Numbered from the stretch's first letter, positions 1 through 9,948 are shown. The stretch is DNA of 44,059 bases from an uncultured Candidatus Saccharibacteria bacterium (GCA_964650345.1 CAZYSI010000002.1:1-44059), one strand, 5' to 3'. The notes: generated from the letters alone by a model not told the origin. Program-made: numbers and translations.

Positions 1-1103
1 CGGCAATTACAACCGTTCTTGCAAAGACCGGTGGTGCAAAGGCTCGCGATTACGCTAGCATCGACAACGCACCAGAAGAAAAAGCTCGTGGTATTACTAT
101 TAATACCTCACACGCTGAGTACGAATCAGCAAATCGTCACTACGCTCACGTAGACTGTCCTGGACACGCCGACTACATCAAAAACATGATTACCGGTGCT
201 GCTCAAATGGATGGTGCTATCTTGGTAGTATCTGCGACTGATGGCCCAATGCCTCAGACTCGCGAACACATTTTGCTTGCCCGCCAAGTAGGTGTGCCTC
301 ACATTGTTGTTTACATGAACAAGTGTGACATGGTTCAAGACACTGAACTTCTTGACTTAGTTGAAGAAGAAATCCGTGACTTGCTTACAAAGTACGAATT
401 CCCTGGCAAAGACACTCCAATCATTCGTGGTAGTGCACTTAAAGCTTTGGAAGGCGATACATCTGACATGGGTGAACCTTCTATCTTAAAGCTTGTTGAA
501 GCTTTGGATACTTTCATCCCTAACCCAGAACGTGCTACTGACCAACCATTCTTGATGCCGATTGAAGACATCTTCACAATTGAAGGTCGCGGTACTGTGG
601 TAACTGGTCGTATTGAACGCGGTATCATCAACATTAACGAAGAAGTTGAAATCGTTGGTATTCGTCCAACCTCCAAGACAGTTGTTACTGGTGTGGAAAT
701 GTTCAACAAGCAGTTGGATAAAGGTATGGCTGGTGACAATGCAGGTTTACTGCTTCGTGGTGTAAAGAAAGAAGAAGTAGAACGCGGTCAAGTTTTGGCT
801 AAGCCTGGTTCTATTACTCCTCACACTGAATTCTCTGCTGAAGTCTACATCTTGAACAAAGAAGAAGGTGGACGTCACACTCCATTCTTCAAAGGTTACA
901 AGCCTCAGTTCTACGTTCGTACCACTGACGTAACTGGTGAAGTTATCCTTCCTGAAGGTCAAGAAATGGTTATGCCTGGTGACACTGTAACTATCGATGT
1001 TAAGTTGATTACCCCGGTAGCCTTAGAAGAAAAAGGCAAATTCGCTATTCGCGAAGGTGGCCGTACCGTAGGTGCTGGTGTTGTTACTAAAATCATTAAG
1101 TAA
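1..1103 (+). CDS. tuf: Elongation factor Tu, 5'-truncated by window edge
   Basis: Frame is open from nt 3 ([11 protein letters not shown]...[44 protein letters not shown]). DCPGH and NKCD GTPase motifs are present, followed by EF-Tu domain II/III sequence to the stop at 1101-1103. Confidence 0.98.
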   Translation, partial: AITTVLAKTGGAKARDYASIDNAPEEKARGITINTSHAEYESANRHYAHVDCPGHADYIKNMITGAAQMDGAILVVSATDGPMPQTREHILLARQVGVPHIVVYMNKCDMVQDTELLDLVEEEIRDLLTKYEFPGKDTPIIRGSALKALEGDTSDMGEPSILKLVEALDTFIPNPERATDQPFLMPIEDIFTIEGRGTVVTGRIERGIININEEVEIVGIRPTSKTVVTGVEMFNKQLDKGMAGDNAGLLLRGVKKEEVERGQVLAKPGSITPHTEFSAEVYILNKEEGGRHTPFFKGYKPQFYVRTTDVTGEVILPEGQEMVMPGDTVTIDVKLITPVALEEKGKFAIREGGRTVGAGVVTKIIK

Positions 1104-1124
1104 CAAATTAATACAGTTTGTATG

Positions 1125-1150
1125 AAAAACTCCCCGAAAGGGGAGTTTTT
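1125..1150 (+). terminator. Rho-independent terminator after tuf
   Basis: aaaaaCTCCCC-gaaa-GGGGAGttttt: perfect GC-rich stem, 4-nt loop, T-run downstream and A-run upstream. Confidence 0.85.
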
Positions 1151-1175
1151 GTTATTGCTGTAAATAAACGCTGTC

Positions 1176-1204
1176 TTTACAAAAACCTGTTCTTGTCTTA
1201 GAAT
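1176..1204 (+). promoter_or_regulatory. Sigma70-like promoter for the 1258 ORF
   Basis: TTTACA (1176-1181), 17-nt spacer, TAGAAT (1199-1204), about 50 nt upstream of the GTG start. Confidence 0.55.
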
Positions 1205-1257
1205 TAGCCGAATACCAAAAGCGGTAAATAGATATTATCTGTAGGAGGACAGATCAA

Positions 1258-1998
1258 GTGCACGCAAGCAAAGGAACAGGCGCTAAAACAGACGTTAGTA
1301 TTGTTCGTAACCCACGCCCAGGTATACGGGCGCTTATCGAGAAAGGTGTTAACCAGAGAGAGCGAGGCAAAAGCTTCGATTCTATAGAAATATTCAACGA
1401 GGCGATGCAATTGTCGGAAGAAATTCCTGATTATTCGCTATACGCTTCTGCTCTGGGGCATCGCATCGTTGCTTATAAACACCTGTATCAGAAACAGGGG
1501 AGTAAGGTTTTCCGTAATCTGATGAGGATTGATGCCGAAACAGGCCTCATTTTGTCTATTCCCGAAGCAGAAAAGGCACCTTTTTACTTGCGCATGGGCG
1601 ATGTCTATGCGATCGACAAAAAAAGGAAACTCGCTGAAGACTGCTACCGTCATGCTTACCAGTTGGTCAAAGGAAGTTCTGGTGAAAAAGAATACCTTGG
1701 TCATTTAGCGGAGGCCATGGCGCATAACGATAAGGGTGGCGAAGCCTTGCAGATCGTCCAGCCGAATCTGGTTGAGGCAATCGAGCTTTATGGCCCCCAT
1801 CCTAATGAGCACGGCCTGATCGTGATCTCTGGCATATATAAACGGCTGGCGGTGATAGCGAAAATTACTGACCAGAAAAAATTGTTTTTTGCCTCCGTTT
1901 GGCACTATTTGCGCTTGGCGACCACTCTGTGGTTGCTGCATAAGAATCCAATGCGTATGATGCAGCTGAAGAATTACATTCTTCATGGCCGCGACTAA
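1258..1998 (+). CDS. Hypothetical helical-repeat protein (246 aa) inserted between tuf and rpsJ
   Basis: GTG start preceded by AGGAGG (1243-1248, 9-nt spacing). It has its own promoter and terminator. I recognised no family motif. Confidence 0.6.
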   Translation: MHASKGTGAKTDVSIVRNPRPGIRALIEKGVNQRERGKSFDSIEIFNEAMQLSEEIPDYSLYASALGHRIVAYKHLYQKQGSKVFRNLMRIDAETGLILSIPEAEKAPFYLRMGDVYAIDKKRKLAEDCYRHAYQLVKGSSGEKEYLGHLAEAMAHNDKGGEALQIVQPNLVEAIELYGPHPNEHGLIVISGIYKRLAVIAKITDQKKLFFASVWHYLRLATTLWLLHKNPMRMMQLKNYILHGRD

Positions 1999-2024
1999 GC
2001 AGTTGTTAGTTGCAAGCTTTTTGG

Positions 2025-2054
2025 GCCGCGTTCTACAATGGACGCGGCTTTTTT
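2025..2054 (+). terminator. Rho-independent terminator
   Basis: GCCGCGT-10 nt loop-ACGCGGC followed by TTTTTT (2049-2054). Confidence 0.85.
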
Positions 2055-2102
2055 ACTGAATAACCTTTTGTACATAAAATTTGAGATTTTCTTCATAAAT
2101 AT

Positions 2103-2131
2103 TTGACATATATAGAAAAATAGCTTAAAAT
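2103..2131 (+). promoter_or_regulatory. Promoter of the S10 ribosomal protein operon
   Basis: TTGACA (2103-2108), exactly 17 nt, TAAAAT (2126-2131). The ~105-nt leader contains an 8-bp hairpin ttcgctta-taaa-taagcgaa (2180-2199). Confidence 0.7.
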
Positions 2132-2240
2132 ATTCAAGAATAGCTGAATATTCGTTTAGCTATCTTTTAAAGGCTCGAATTCGCTTATAAATAAGCGAAA
2201 TTTAGCCATTAATTCTTAACTTAGCTCATTGCCATAATCA

Positions 2241-2564
2241 ATGGAAAAAGCAGTTCACAAGCCGAAAATCCGAATAAAGATCCGCGCTTACGACCACAAG
2301 CTGATTGATCAAAGCTCAAAACAGATTGTGGAGACCGCCAAGCGAACCGGAGCCTCTATTTCTGGACCTGTCCCGTTGCCAACGGAAAAGAAGAAGTACA
2401 CCGTACTTCGTTCAACTTTCGTTCATAAAGACAGTCGCGAACAGTTCGAAATGCGCGTACATAAGCGTATGATCGACATCTTGGAACCAACTGCTAAAAC
2501 CATTGATTCCCTGACCAATCTCAATTTGCCTGCTGGCGTTGATGTTGAGATCAAAATGAGTTAA
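2241..2564 (+). CDS. rpsJ: 30S ribosomal protein S10
   Basis: [17 protein letters not shown]...[31 protein letters not shown] is the S10 signature. Operon position fits. Confidence 0.97.
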   Translation: MEKAVHKPKIRIKIRAYDHKLIDQSSKQIVETAKRTGASISGPVPLPTEKKKYTVLRSTFVHKDSREQFEMRVHKRMIDILEPTAKTIDSLTNLNLPAGVDVEIKMS

Positions 2565-2710
2565 TCAAATTAATATTCACGAGTAAAAAAGTTCTGGACG
2601 TTTCCAGCCCAAACAGCTGACCGGGCCAGAAAACTATTTGCCACCAATACGAAACTCCTTTTGGATATTTTTGTGTGCTGGCTATATAGTTCGCACATTT
2701 TTGTTTTTAT

Positions 2711-3388
2711 ATGAACTTTATTGTCGGTAAAAAATTGAACATGACCCAGTACTTTGCGGAAAACGGGGAAGTAATCCCAGTTACCGTGCTTAGCGTACCT
2801 GAAATGGTTGTGACTCAAATTAAAACCGCAGAAGGAAAAGATCAGTACAATGCTGTGCAGTTAGGTGTGTCTAGCAATGTCGCTGGCAGCAAGAACACCA
2901 ATAAAGCAAAGACTGGTCATAGCAAAAAGTCTGGTACTGATGTTGTTTTTGGTAAGTTCGTAGAATTTCGTGTAGACGATACGAAGGATTACGAAGTTGG
3001 CAAAAAGCTCGATGCCGCGACTTTCCAAATTGGTGAAATGGTAAATGTAATTGGCGTAATGAAAGGACGTGGTTTTGCTGGTGCGATGAAGCGTCATGGT
3101 TTTGCTGGTTTTCCAGCATCACATGGTCACGACAAGCCTCGTTCAATGGGATCTATTGGTTCCCGTTACCCACAACACGTTAACAAAGGTCGCCGTATGC
3201 CTGGTCATATGGGCACCCAGAATGTTACCGTAAAGAATTTGCAAGTTGTAGATGTAGATCTAGAGCAGAGTTTAATGATGGTAAAAGGTGCAATTGGGGC
3301 TAATGGCGGTATGATCAAGATTACTTCTACTGGCACTGTTAAGCCATTATTTGTAGCTGCTCCTGAATCAGATAAGAAGAAGAAATAA
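2711..3388 (+). CDS. rplC: 50S ribosomal protein L3
   Basis: N-terminus IVGKKLNMTQYF..GEVIPVTVL and FAGAMKRHGF.G.PASHG are L3 motifs. Confidence 0.97.
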   Translation: MNFIVGKKLNMTQYFAENGEVIPVTVLSVPEMVVTQIKTAEGKDQYNAVQLGVSSNVAGSKNTNKAKTGHSKKSGTDVVFGKFVEFRVDDTKDYEVGKKLDAATFQIGEMVNVIGVMKGRGFAGAMKRHGFAGFPASHGHDKPRSMGSIGSRYPQHVNKGRRMPGHMGTQNVTVKNLQVVDVDLEQSLMMVKGAIGANGGMIKITSTGTVKPLFVAAPESDKKKK

Positions 3389-3394
3389 TAGACG

Positions 3395-4090
3395 ATGAAA
3401 ATTTCTGTATACAATCAAAATGCTGAAGTTACTGGTGAAATCGAATTAAACGATAAGATTTTTGGCGTGAAGCCAACTTTGCACTTGCTGGCAGAAGCAG
3501 TTCGTATTCAAGCAAGTAATGCTCGTAAAGGTTTGGCTAATACCAAGACTCGCGGTGAAGTTAGTGGTGGTGGTAAAAAGCCTTGGCGTCAAAAGGGAAC
3601 TGGTCGCGCTCGCGCTGGCTCTAACAGAAGCCCAATCTGGCGTCATGGTGGCGTAACTTTTGGTCCTACCTCCGACCGTAACTGGTCTTTGAAGATCAAC
3701 AAGAAAGCTAAGACTAAAGCTTTGTTTATGTCTTTGTCCGACAAAGTTACTGATGGTAAATTAATTGTTCTTGAAGGGTTGAATTTAGAAGCTGCTAAAA
3801 CCAAGCAGTTTGTGAAAGTTATGGAAAGCTTTGAAGCTAAGCTAAATGGTTTGGGCAACAAACAGTTGTTAATTACTCCGAAGAAAGATCAATCTATTTC
3901 CCGCGCCGCTCGCAACATCCCACATATTACTGAAGCGCTAGCAACTAGTCTGAACGTTACCGATGTGCTGAAAGCAGATACTTGTGTGATTTTGAAAGAG
4001 AGCTTGCCAGTAATTGAAAAAACTTATTTGAAAACTACTAAAGCACCGGCTAAGCCGGCAGCTAAAGCAGCTAGCAAAACTACTAAATAA
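3395..4090 (+). CDS. rplD: 50S ribosomal protein L4, with Lys/Ala/Pro-rich C-terminal tail
   Basis: TKTRGEVSGGGKKPWRQKGTGRAR.GS.RSP.WR.GG is the L4 motif. Operon position fits. Confidence 0.97.
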   Translation: MKISVYNQNAEVTGEIELNDKIFGVKPTLHLLAEAVRIQASNARKGLANTKTRGEVSGGGKKPWRQKGTGRARAGSNRSPIWRHGGVTFGPTSDRNWSLKINKKAKTKALFMSLSDKVTDGKLIVLEGLNLEAAKTKQFVKVMESFEAKLNGLGNKQLLITPKKDQSISRAARNIPHITEALATSLNVTDVLKADTCVILKESLPVIEKTYLKTTKAPAKPAAKAASKTTK

Positions 4091-4095
4091 CTCTA

Positions 4096-4491
4096 ATGGC
4101 CCTATTTTCTAAAAAAGAGAATACCGAAGAAACTACAGCAGTAGAAACCACTACAACTGACAACGTGGTTACTGAAACCACTCCTGTTTCTGTAGATTTG
4201 GATGCAAAAGCAACCCAGTCTTTAATCGTGCCTCGTCTTTCAGAAAAAGCTGGTCTAGTTAATAAACTAAACAAGTATGTTTTTACTGTTTGGGGTAAGG
4301 CTAATAAAGTCGAAGTTCGCAAAGCGGTTGAAAAGCAGTATGGCGTTAAGATCGATCGTGTCAATATGATTACTATGGCTGGCAAAACTCGCCGCTTTGG
4401 CCGTCGCTACGGTGTAACTCAAGCTTACAAGAAAGCAATTGTTACTCTTACCGCAAACAGCAAGAAAATTGATTTAGTAGAACCAAGTTAA
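4096..4491 (+). CDS. rplW: 50S ribosomal protein L23, with ~40-aa Thr/Glu-rich N-terminal extension
   Basis: Core is PRLSEKA....NKYVF.V...ANK.EV.KAVEK.YGVK...VN. Operon position fits. Confidence 0.93.
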   Translation: MALFSKKENTEETTAVETTTTDNVVTETTPVSVDLDAKATQSLIVPRLSEKAGLVNKLNKYVFTVWGKANKVEVRKAVEKQYGVKIDRVNMITMAGKTRRFGRRYGVTQAYKKAIVTLTANSKKIDLVEPS

Positions 4492-4494
4492 TAT

Positions 4495-5343
4495 ATGGCA
4501 GTTAAACTCTACAAACCAACTACTCCAGGACGTCGTTTCGCTAGCGTGACGGATTTTTCCGTGCTCAGCAAAACCGAGAAGACTCCAAAGGGACTAATTG
4601 TTGCTAAGGGTCGTAAAGCCGGCCGTAACAACTCTGGTAAAATTACTGTTCGCCATCAAGGTGGTGGAGCTCGCAAGAAGATTCGTTTAGTAGACTTTTC
4701 TCGTGTTGATTTGAAGAATATCCCTGGAACCGTTAAAACTATTGAATACGATCCAACTCGCACTGCATTTATTTCTTTGATTTTCTACAAGAATGGTGTA
4801 AAGCGTTACATTGTTACTCCTCAGGACTTGAAAGTTGGCGATACTGTAATCTACAGCGATACTGCAGAAATCCATCCTGGAAACCGTTTGCCTATGTCGG
4901 CAATTCCAATTGGTACAACTGTAAACGATGTTGAATTGATTCCTGGTCATGGCGGTAAAGTAGCACGCAGCGCTGGTAGCTCTCTATTATTACAGAACGT
5001 TGAAGGTGGTTACGCACTTCTTAAGATGCCTTCTGGTGAGATTCGCAAAGTGCGTGAAACCTGTACAGCTACTATTGGCTCTATTTCTAATTCTGATTGG
5101 ATGAACGTCCGTATTGGTAAAGCTGGTCGTAGTCGTCACATGGGTATTCGCCCAAGTGTTCGTGGTAAAGTGATGAACCCAGTTGATCACCCTCATGGTG
5201 GTGGAGAAGGTTCTAACTCTATTGGTATGAAATACCCAAAGACTCCTTGGGGTAAACATGCCATGGGTGTTCGTACTCGCGACAAGAAGAAGCCTAGCGG
5301 CAAGTTCATTATTAAGCGTCGTGTTAACAAACGTTCTAAGTAA
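4495..5343 (+). CDS. rplB: 50S ribosomal protein L2
   Basis: MAVKLYKPTTPGRR ... RGKVMNPVDHPHGGGEG are canonical L2 motifs. Confidence 0.98.
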   Translation: MAVKLYKPTTPGRRFASVTDFSVLSKTEKTPKGLIVAKGRKAGRNNSGKITVRHQGGGARKKIRLVDFSRVDLKNIPGTVKTIEYDPTRTAFISLIFYKNGVKRYIVTPQDLKVGDTVIYSDTAEIHPGNRLPMSAIPIGTTVNDVELIPGHGGKVARSAGSSLLLQNVEGGYALLKMPSGEIRKVRETCTATIGSISNSDWMNVRIGKAGRSRHMGIRPSVRGKVMNPVDHPHGGGEGSNSIGMKYPKTPWGKHAMGVRTRDKKKPSGKFIIKRRVNKRSK

Positions 5344-5367
5344 TAAGACGGTAATATCTATTAATTT

Positions 5368-5691
5368 ATGTCTAGAAGTTTAAAAAAAGGTCCATATATA
5401 GATCCTAGGTTGCTGAAGAAAGTTTTAGCCGGCAAACCAGGTGATAAAATCAAGACTTGGTCACGCTCAAGCAGCATTGGCCCAGAAATGGTTGGATTCA
5501 CATTTGGTGTTCATAACGGCCGCCAGCATGTCGATGTTTTCGTTACTGAATCCATGGTTGGTCACAAGCTTGGTGAATTTTCTCCGACTCGGAAGTTCAT
5601 TCGCCACGGAGGTAAGATGGCTAAGGAACAAGCTGCCGCTGCAGCCGCTGCGTCTAAGCCAGCTGCCGCTGCTCCAGCCAAGAAGAAATAA
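5368..5691 (+). CDS. rpsS: 30S ribosomal protein S19, with Ala-rich C-terminal tail
   Basis: [14 protein letters not shown]......IKTWSR.S.I.PEMVG.TF.VHNG......[14 protein letters not shown]. Confidence 0.97.
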   Translation: MSRSLKKGPYIDPRLLKKVLAGKPGDKIKTWSRSSSIGPEMVGFTFGVHNGRQHVDVFVTESMVGHKLGEFSPTRKFIRHGGKMAKEQAAAAAAASKPAAAAPAKKK

Positions 5692-5706
5692 CATTATTTA
5701 TTTGGG

Positions 5707-5769
5707 TTCTACAGAAGTGTCTGCTCAGAAAGCGGAGTCCACGCTTTCCTTACAGACACTTCTGTAGAA
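5707..5769 (+). promoter_or_regulatory. Long compound RNA hairpin in the rpsS-rplV spacer
   Basis: Perfect 17-bp inverted repeat ttctacagaagtgtctg (5707-5723) / cagacacttctgtagaa (5753-5769). It encloses a second 7-bp stem gaaagcg (5728-5734) / cgctttc (5742-5748). No flanking T-run. Confidence 0.6.
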
Positions 5770-5790
5770 CAGTAAAAAACATTTATCAAC

Positions 5791-6429
5791 ATGGCAGAAA
5801 AGACTGCACAACTGAATAAGAAAGCTGACAAAGCGCCAAAGCCTGCTGCTGAAAAGGTAAAGCCGGTTGCACCGCTTGTTCGAGCGCACGCGCGTAGTCT
5901 TCGCATTGCTCCTCGCAAAATGCGTTTAGTTACCAATTTGGTAAAGGACATGCGCGTAAACGATGCCGTTACTCAGCTACAGTTCCTAAACAAGAAGGGT
6001 GCGAAGATGTTGCAAAAGCTACTGCAATCTGCGGCTGCCAATGCGGAAAATAATTTCTCTTTAAACCGCGACAATATGTTTATTAAGACTATTACTTGCG
6101 ACATGGGTCCGGTTATGAAGCGATCTTTCCCTCGTGCTCGAGGTAGCGCGTTCATGATCCGCCGTAAGCTTAGTCATGTGAATGTTATTCTTGAAGAACG
6201 AGATGTGAAGCCGAAGAAGAAGCGTGCTCCAGTCGTTGCTAAAGCCGTTCGTCCAGAACCGAAAGATAAAACTTTGGAACTAGATAAAGCAGTTGATCCA
6301 AAATCTGAAGCGATCCAAACCTCAGTAGTAGAAGAGTCGAAGGCAGAGGAAACAGTTAAAGAAGTTCACAACGAAAACACTGCTGAGACTGTAAAAGAAG
6401 AAACCAGCCCTCAGAATCTGAATAAATAA
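5791..6429 (+). CDS. rplV: 50S ribosomal protein L22, with N- and C-terminal extensions (212 aa)
   Basis: Core is A.AR.LRIAPRKMRLV..LV......DA...L.F..KKGA....K.L.SA.ANAE... . Operon position fits. Confidence 0.95.
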   Translation: MAEKTAQLNKKADKAPKPAAEKVKPVAPLVRAHARSLRIAPRKMRLVTNLVKDMRVNDAVTQLQFLNKKGAKMLQKLLQSAAANAENNFSLNRDNMFIKTITCDMGPVMKRSFPRARGSAFMIRRKLSHVNVILEERDVKPKKKRAPVVAKAVRPEPKDKTLELDKAVDPKSEAIQTSVVEESKAEETVKEVHNENTAETVKEETSPQNLNK

Positions 6430-6475
6430 TTTACTATTAATAACCAGCCCTTACTTACAAAAGTAACTAATCAAA

Positions 6476-7114
6476 ATGGGAAATAAGATTAATCCAACTT
6501 CATTACGAATGAAAATCACCGATACTTGGAAGTCGAAGTGGTTTTCGAAGAGCAGTTACGTAGAACTTCTACGCGAAGACATTCGTATTCGGGAATACCT
6601 TGAAGCACATTTGCGCAAGGCTGGTTTGTCACGCATCGATATTGAACGTTTGAACGACGGTACAATTACTGTAATTATCCGCACTACTAAGCCAGGTCTA
6701 ATTATTGGTAAAGGTGGCGCTGGTATTGAAGAGTTAAAGAAGAAGATCAAGACAAAATTGAAGATCAAGAAAGAATTAAAGGTAAACATTGAAGAAATTC
6801 GTGATGTAAACATGCACGCAGCGGTAATTGCCGGTAATATTGCTGAACAGCTAGAAAAGCGTGTAGCGTTTCGCCGCTTAATGAAGCAATCTATAGAAGC
6901 AATTATGCAAGCTGGTGCTAAAGGTGTAAAAGTTGCAATTGGTGGTCGTTTGAATGGTGCGGAAATTGCTCGTACAGAACACCTTTCTGCTGGTAAAATC
7001 CCACTTCACACTTTACGTGCTGACATTGATTATGCTCAAGCTACTGCTCATACTACTTATGGCACTATTGGTGTGAAAGTTTGGATTTACCGAGGAGATA
7101 AATTTAATAACTAA
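6476..7114 (+). CDS. rpsC: 30S ribosomal protein S3
   Basis: [11 protein letters not shown]......W.SKWF; KH-domain [12 protein letters not shown]; C-terminal [11 protein letters not shown]....[14 protein letters not shown]. Confidence 0.98.
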   Translation: MGNKINPTSLRMKITDTWKSKWFSKSSYVELLREDIRIREYLEAHLRKAGLSRIDIERLNDGTITVIIRTTKPGLIIGKGGAGIEELKKKIKTKLKIKKELKVNIEEIRDVNMHAAVIAGNIAEQLEKRVAFRRLMKQSIEAIMQAGAKGVKVAIGGRLNGAEIARTEHLSAGKIPLHTLRADIDYAQATAHTTYGTIGVKVWIYRGDKFNN

Positions 7115-7116
7115 TT

Positions 7117-7524
7117 ATGTTGATTCCTAAGAAAGTCAAACACCGCAAGCATCACCGCGGTCATAACAAAGGTAAAGCTACTTCTGGTAATTTTATTGCG
7201 TTTGGTTCTTTCGCGCTTAAAGCGTTGGAAGGCTCTTTCGTGACAGCTCGCCAGATTGAATCTGCTCGCCGCGCTATGACTCGTAGTATTAATCGTGGTG
7301 GGAAGATTTGGATTCGCATTTTCCCAGACAAACCAATCACAGACCATGGTAATGAATCGGTAATGGGTAGTGGTAAAGGTGCAGTATCTCACTTTGTTGC
7401 CGTTGTAAAAAAAGGCCGCATTTTGTATGAAATGGATGGTGTAACTGAAGCTCAAGCTCGCGAAGCCATGCGCCTTGCTGCTCACAAGCTACCAGTGAAG
7501 ACTAAGTTTTTGATTAAAGAATAG
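7117..7524 (+). CDS. rplP: 50S ribosomal protein L16
   Basis: [15 protein letters not shown]...G.A..G....FG.F.LKA.E......ARQIE.ARRAMTR. Confidence 0.98.
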   Translation: MLIPKKVKHRKHHRGHNKGKATSGNFIAFGSFALKALEGSFVTARQIESARRAMTRSINRGGKIWIRIFPDKPITDHGNESVMGSGKGAVSHFVAVVKKGRILYEMDGVTEAQAREAMRLAAHKLPVKTKFLIKE

Positions 7525-7529
7525 CAGTC

Positions 7530-7712
7530 ATGAAGTATAAAGAATTATCCCAACAAACCAATGACCAGTTGCGTAAAGAGCTAGCTGAATTGCGTGCGAA
7601 AGCAAGCGATTTGGCACAGAAGAAGAAACTGGGCCAAGTAAAGAATGTTCACCAATTGGCTGGTATTCGCAAAGATATTGCCCGTATTTTAACTTATTTA
7701 AGAGCTAACTAG
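7530..7712 (+). CDS. rpmC: 50S ribosomal protein L29
   Basis: 60-aa helical protein (L..EL.ELR....L...K..GQ..N.H.....RKDIARI.T). Operon position fits. Confidence 0.93.
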   Translation: MKYKELSQQTNDQLRKELAELRAKASDLAQKKKLGQVKNVHQLAGIRKDIARILTYLRAN

Positions 7713-7734
7713 GGCGCTAATTAACCTAATCACT

Positions 7735-8010
7735 ATGGAAGAAGTAAAACAGACTGAAAAGCAGTCTACAAAACAGCAAATGACCGGCACGGTTGTTTCG
7801 AATAAGATGGACAAGACTGTTGTGGTCAAGGTTGATGTGCGAAAGCGTCATCCGAAGTATCATAAGAGTTACACCAAGTCTTACAAGTTTAAGGCTCACG
7901 ATGCAGAAAATGGTTGCAATATTGGAGATCGTGTAATAATTGAATCTTGCCGACCAATTTCTAAAGACAAGGTGTTCAAAGTCATTAAGACTGTTCGTTC
8001 TGCCGCATAA
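7735..8010 (+). CDS. rpsQ: 30S ribosomal protein S17
   Basis: [16 protein letters not shown]......HPKY.K.......KAHD..N....GD.V.I.ECRP.SK.K. Confidence 0.96.
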   Translation: MEEVKQTEKQSTKQQMTGTVVSNKMDKTVVVKVDVRKRHPKYHKSYTKSYKFKAHDAENGCNIGDRVIIESCRPISKDKVFKVIKTVRSAA

Positions 8011-8051
8011 TCGCAGTAAATCAAATTAACTAATCATCTTTATTAACCTGT

Positions 8052-8423
8052 ATGTTACAAGTACGATCCTTAATTAAAATCGCAGATAACACTGGCGCGA
8101 AAATCGTCAATGTTTTCAGCGTGAATGGAAAAAATGCCCGACGCTTTGCTGGTGTGGGTGATGTCGTAGCAGGATCAGTTCGTCAGGCAGCCCCTGGTGG
8201 CCAGGTTAAGAAAGGTGATAAAGTTTACGCATTAATTGTTCGCACCAAGAAAGAAATTCGTCGTAAAGACGGTTCTTATATTCGGTTCGATGAAAATGCA
8301 GGTGTTTTAGTAGATAAAGAAAAACATGAACCACGAGGTACTCGTATTTTCGGACCAGTTGCTCGTGAAATTCGTGATAAAGGCCATAACAAAATTGTGT
8401 CCATGGCTCCAGAGGTAATCTAA
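8052..8423 (+). CDS. rplN: 50S ribosomal protein L14
   Basis: MLQVRS...ADNTGAK......V...........GD.V..SV..A.P.G.VKKGD...A..VRT. Confidence 0.98.
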   Translation: MLQVRSLIKIADNTGAKIVNVFSVNGKNARRFAGVGDVVAGSVRQAAPGGQVKKGDKVYALIVRTKKEIRRKDGSYIRFDENAGVLVDKEKHEPRGTRIFGPVAREIRDKGHNKIVSMAPEVI

Positions 8424-8747
8424 ATGACAATGATGAAGATGAAAATTAAGAAAGGCGACACAGTTAAGGTTTTGTCCGGTAAGGACAAAGGTAAAACTGG
8501 TTCTGTACTCCGCACTCTACCAAAACAAGGTAAAGTGGTTGTTGAGAATGTTAATTTACATACCAAATTTGAAAAAGGTAAGACCCGCCGTCAGGTTGGT
8601 CAGAAAATTACTTTGCCTGGACCAATGCAAGCCTCTAAGGTTATGTTAATCGATAGTAACTCTGGAAAGCCTAGCCGTATTGGTTACGAAATTTTAGAAA
8701 ATGGTACTAAGCAACGTATTGCTAAGAAAAGTGGCAAAGCTATTTAA
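8424..8747 (+). CDS. rplX: 50S ribosomal protein L24
   Basis: KOW motif IKKGDTVKVLSGKDKGKTG.V. Operon position fits. The start may be one of the in-frame ATGs a few codons downstream. Confidence 0.94.
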   Translation: MTMMKMKIKKGDTVKVLSGKDKGKTGSVLRTLPKQGKVVVENVNLHTKFEKGKTRRQVGQKITLPGPMQASKVMLIDSNSGKPSRIGYEILENGTKQRIAKKSGKAI

Positions 8748-8769
8748 CTCAAGGATTTAACCTAAGAAT

Positions 8770-9324
8770 ATGAACCGTTTACAAGAACAATATAATAAGC
8801 AGATCTTGCCGCAGCTCAAAGAGCAGTTTGGTTACAAGAACGCAATGGAAGTACCTAAAGTCCAAAAGGTTATCCTTAATGTTGGCATTGGCCGTTTCTT
8901 AAAAGACTCTAAGTTTGTAGAATCAATTAAGCGCGATATGGCTGCTATTGCAGGACAGGCTCCGGTGGAAACTAAGGCTCGGAAATCTATTGCTGGATTC
9001 AAGATTCGCGAACAGCAAGTAGTGGGTCTGGCAGTAACTCTTCGCGGTCAACGCATGTACGAATTTCTCGATAAGCTGGTTTCCGTAGCTCTTCCTCGTG
9101 TGAAAGATTTCCGGGGTATTTCTCCAAAAGGATTTGATGGTCGCGGCAACTACCACCTAGGACTGAAAGAGCATATTGTATTCCCAGAAATCTCTAATGA
9201 CGCGCTTGAACATATTTTCGGACTACAGGTATCTATAGTAACGAATGCTGGTAAAGATGAGCCAGCCAGAGCGCTCCTAAGTGCAATGAATTTTCCCTTT
9301 ATTAAACCCGCAGAAACTAAGTAA
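8770..9324 (+). CDS. rplE: 50S ribosomal protein L5
   Basis: NRL.E.Y.....P.L.E.F.YKN.M.VPK..K...N.G.G... and FDGRGNY..G..E...FPEI. Confidence 0.97.
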   Translation: MNRLQEQYNKQILPQLKEQFGYKNAMEVPKVQKVILNVGIGRFLKDSKFVESIKRDMAAIAGQAPVETKARKSIAGFKIREQQVVGLAVTLRGQRMYEFLDKLVSVALPRVKDFRGISPKGFDGRGNYHLGLKEHIVFPEISNDALEHIFGLQVSIVTNAGKDEPARALLSAMNFPFIKPAETK

Positions 9325-9329
9325 CTAAC

Positions 9330-9524
9330 ATGGCAAAAAAATCTCTAATCGCAAAAGCAAATAGAAGTTTGACCAAGCCGAAATTCTCGTCTCGAGTAAT
9401 CCGGCGTTGTTGGAAGTGCGGCCGCAAGGCTGGCTTCATGAGAGATTTTGCACTATGTCGCATTTGCTTCCGGGAATTGGCCAGCCGTGGCGAAATTCCA
9501 GGAATAGTAAAGGCTTCTTGGTAG
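9330..9524 (+). CDS. rpsN: 30S ribosomal protein S14, short zinc-binding type Z
   Basis: 64 aa with CWKCGR...CRIC (CxxC...CxxC) and a terminal KASW. Confidence 0.95.
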   Translation: MAKKSLIAKANRSLTKPKFSSRVIRRCWKCGRKAGFMRDFALCRICFRELASRGEIPGIVKASW

Positions 9525-9539
9525 ATTAACTAAACCGAT

Positions 9540-9932
9540 ATGTACACAGACCCAATTTCAGACATGCTAACTCGTATCCGTAATGCTCTTGCTGCTCGTA
9601 AGGGTGAGTTAGTCATGCCTTATTCTAAATTCAAGCACGGTTTAGCTAATGTGCTCTTGCAAGAAGGATTTATTAGCGGTGTTAACGAACTTCCGGGACG
9701 GGTGAAGACTTTACAGTTGAACTTGAAGTATGACCAAGCTGGTAGCCCAGTAATTACCGGTATTAAGCGTGTTTCCACACCAGGACAGCGCATTTACTTG
9801 CCAGTAACAAAGATTCCTCGTACTAATGGTGGTTTTGGCGTGACAGTAGTGTCGACTTCACGCGGTCTTTTAACCGATAAGCAAGCCCGCAAAGACCGGG
9901 TTGGTGGAGAAGTAGTTTGCCAAATTTGGTAA
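9540..9932 (+). CDS. rpsH: 30S ribosomal protein S8
   Basis: DPISDMLTRIRNA.......V..P.SK......VL..EGFI and a C-terminal GGEV.C..W. Confidence 0.97.
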   Translation: MYTDPISDMLTRIRNALAARKGELVMPYSKFKHGLANVLLQEGFISGVNELPGRVKTLQLNLKYDQAGSPVITGIKRVSTPGQRIYLPVTKIPRTNGGFGVTVVSTSRGLLTDKQARKDRVGGEVVCQIW

Positions 9933-9948
9933 GCTGAAAGGATTTACT

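Noticed and set aside
5441-5951. Plus-strand ORF 5441-5767 and minus-strand ORF 5709-5951, which overlap rpsS, the spacer hairpin and rplV.
   Set aside because: These are alternative-frame or antisense readings of the Ala-rich S19 tail and the L22 N-extension. Both run through the palindromic hairpin. There is no independent start context.
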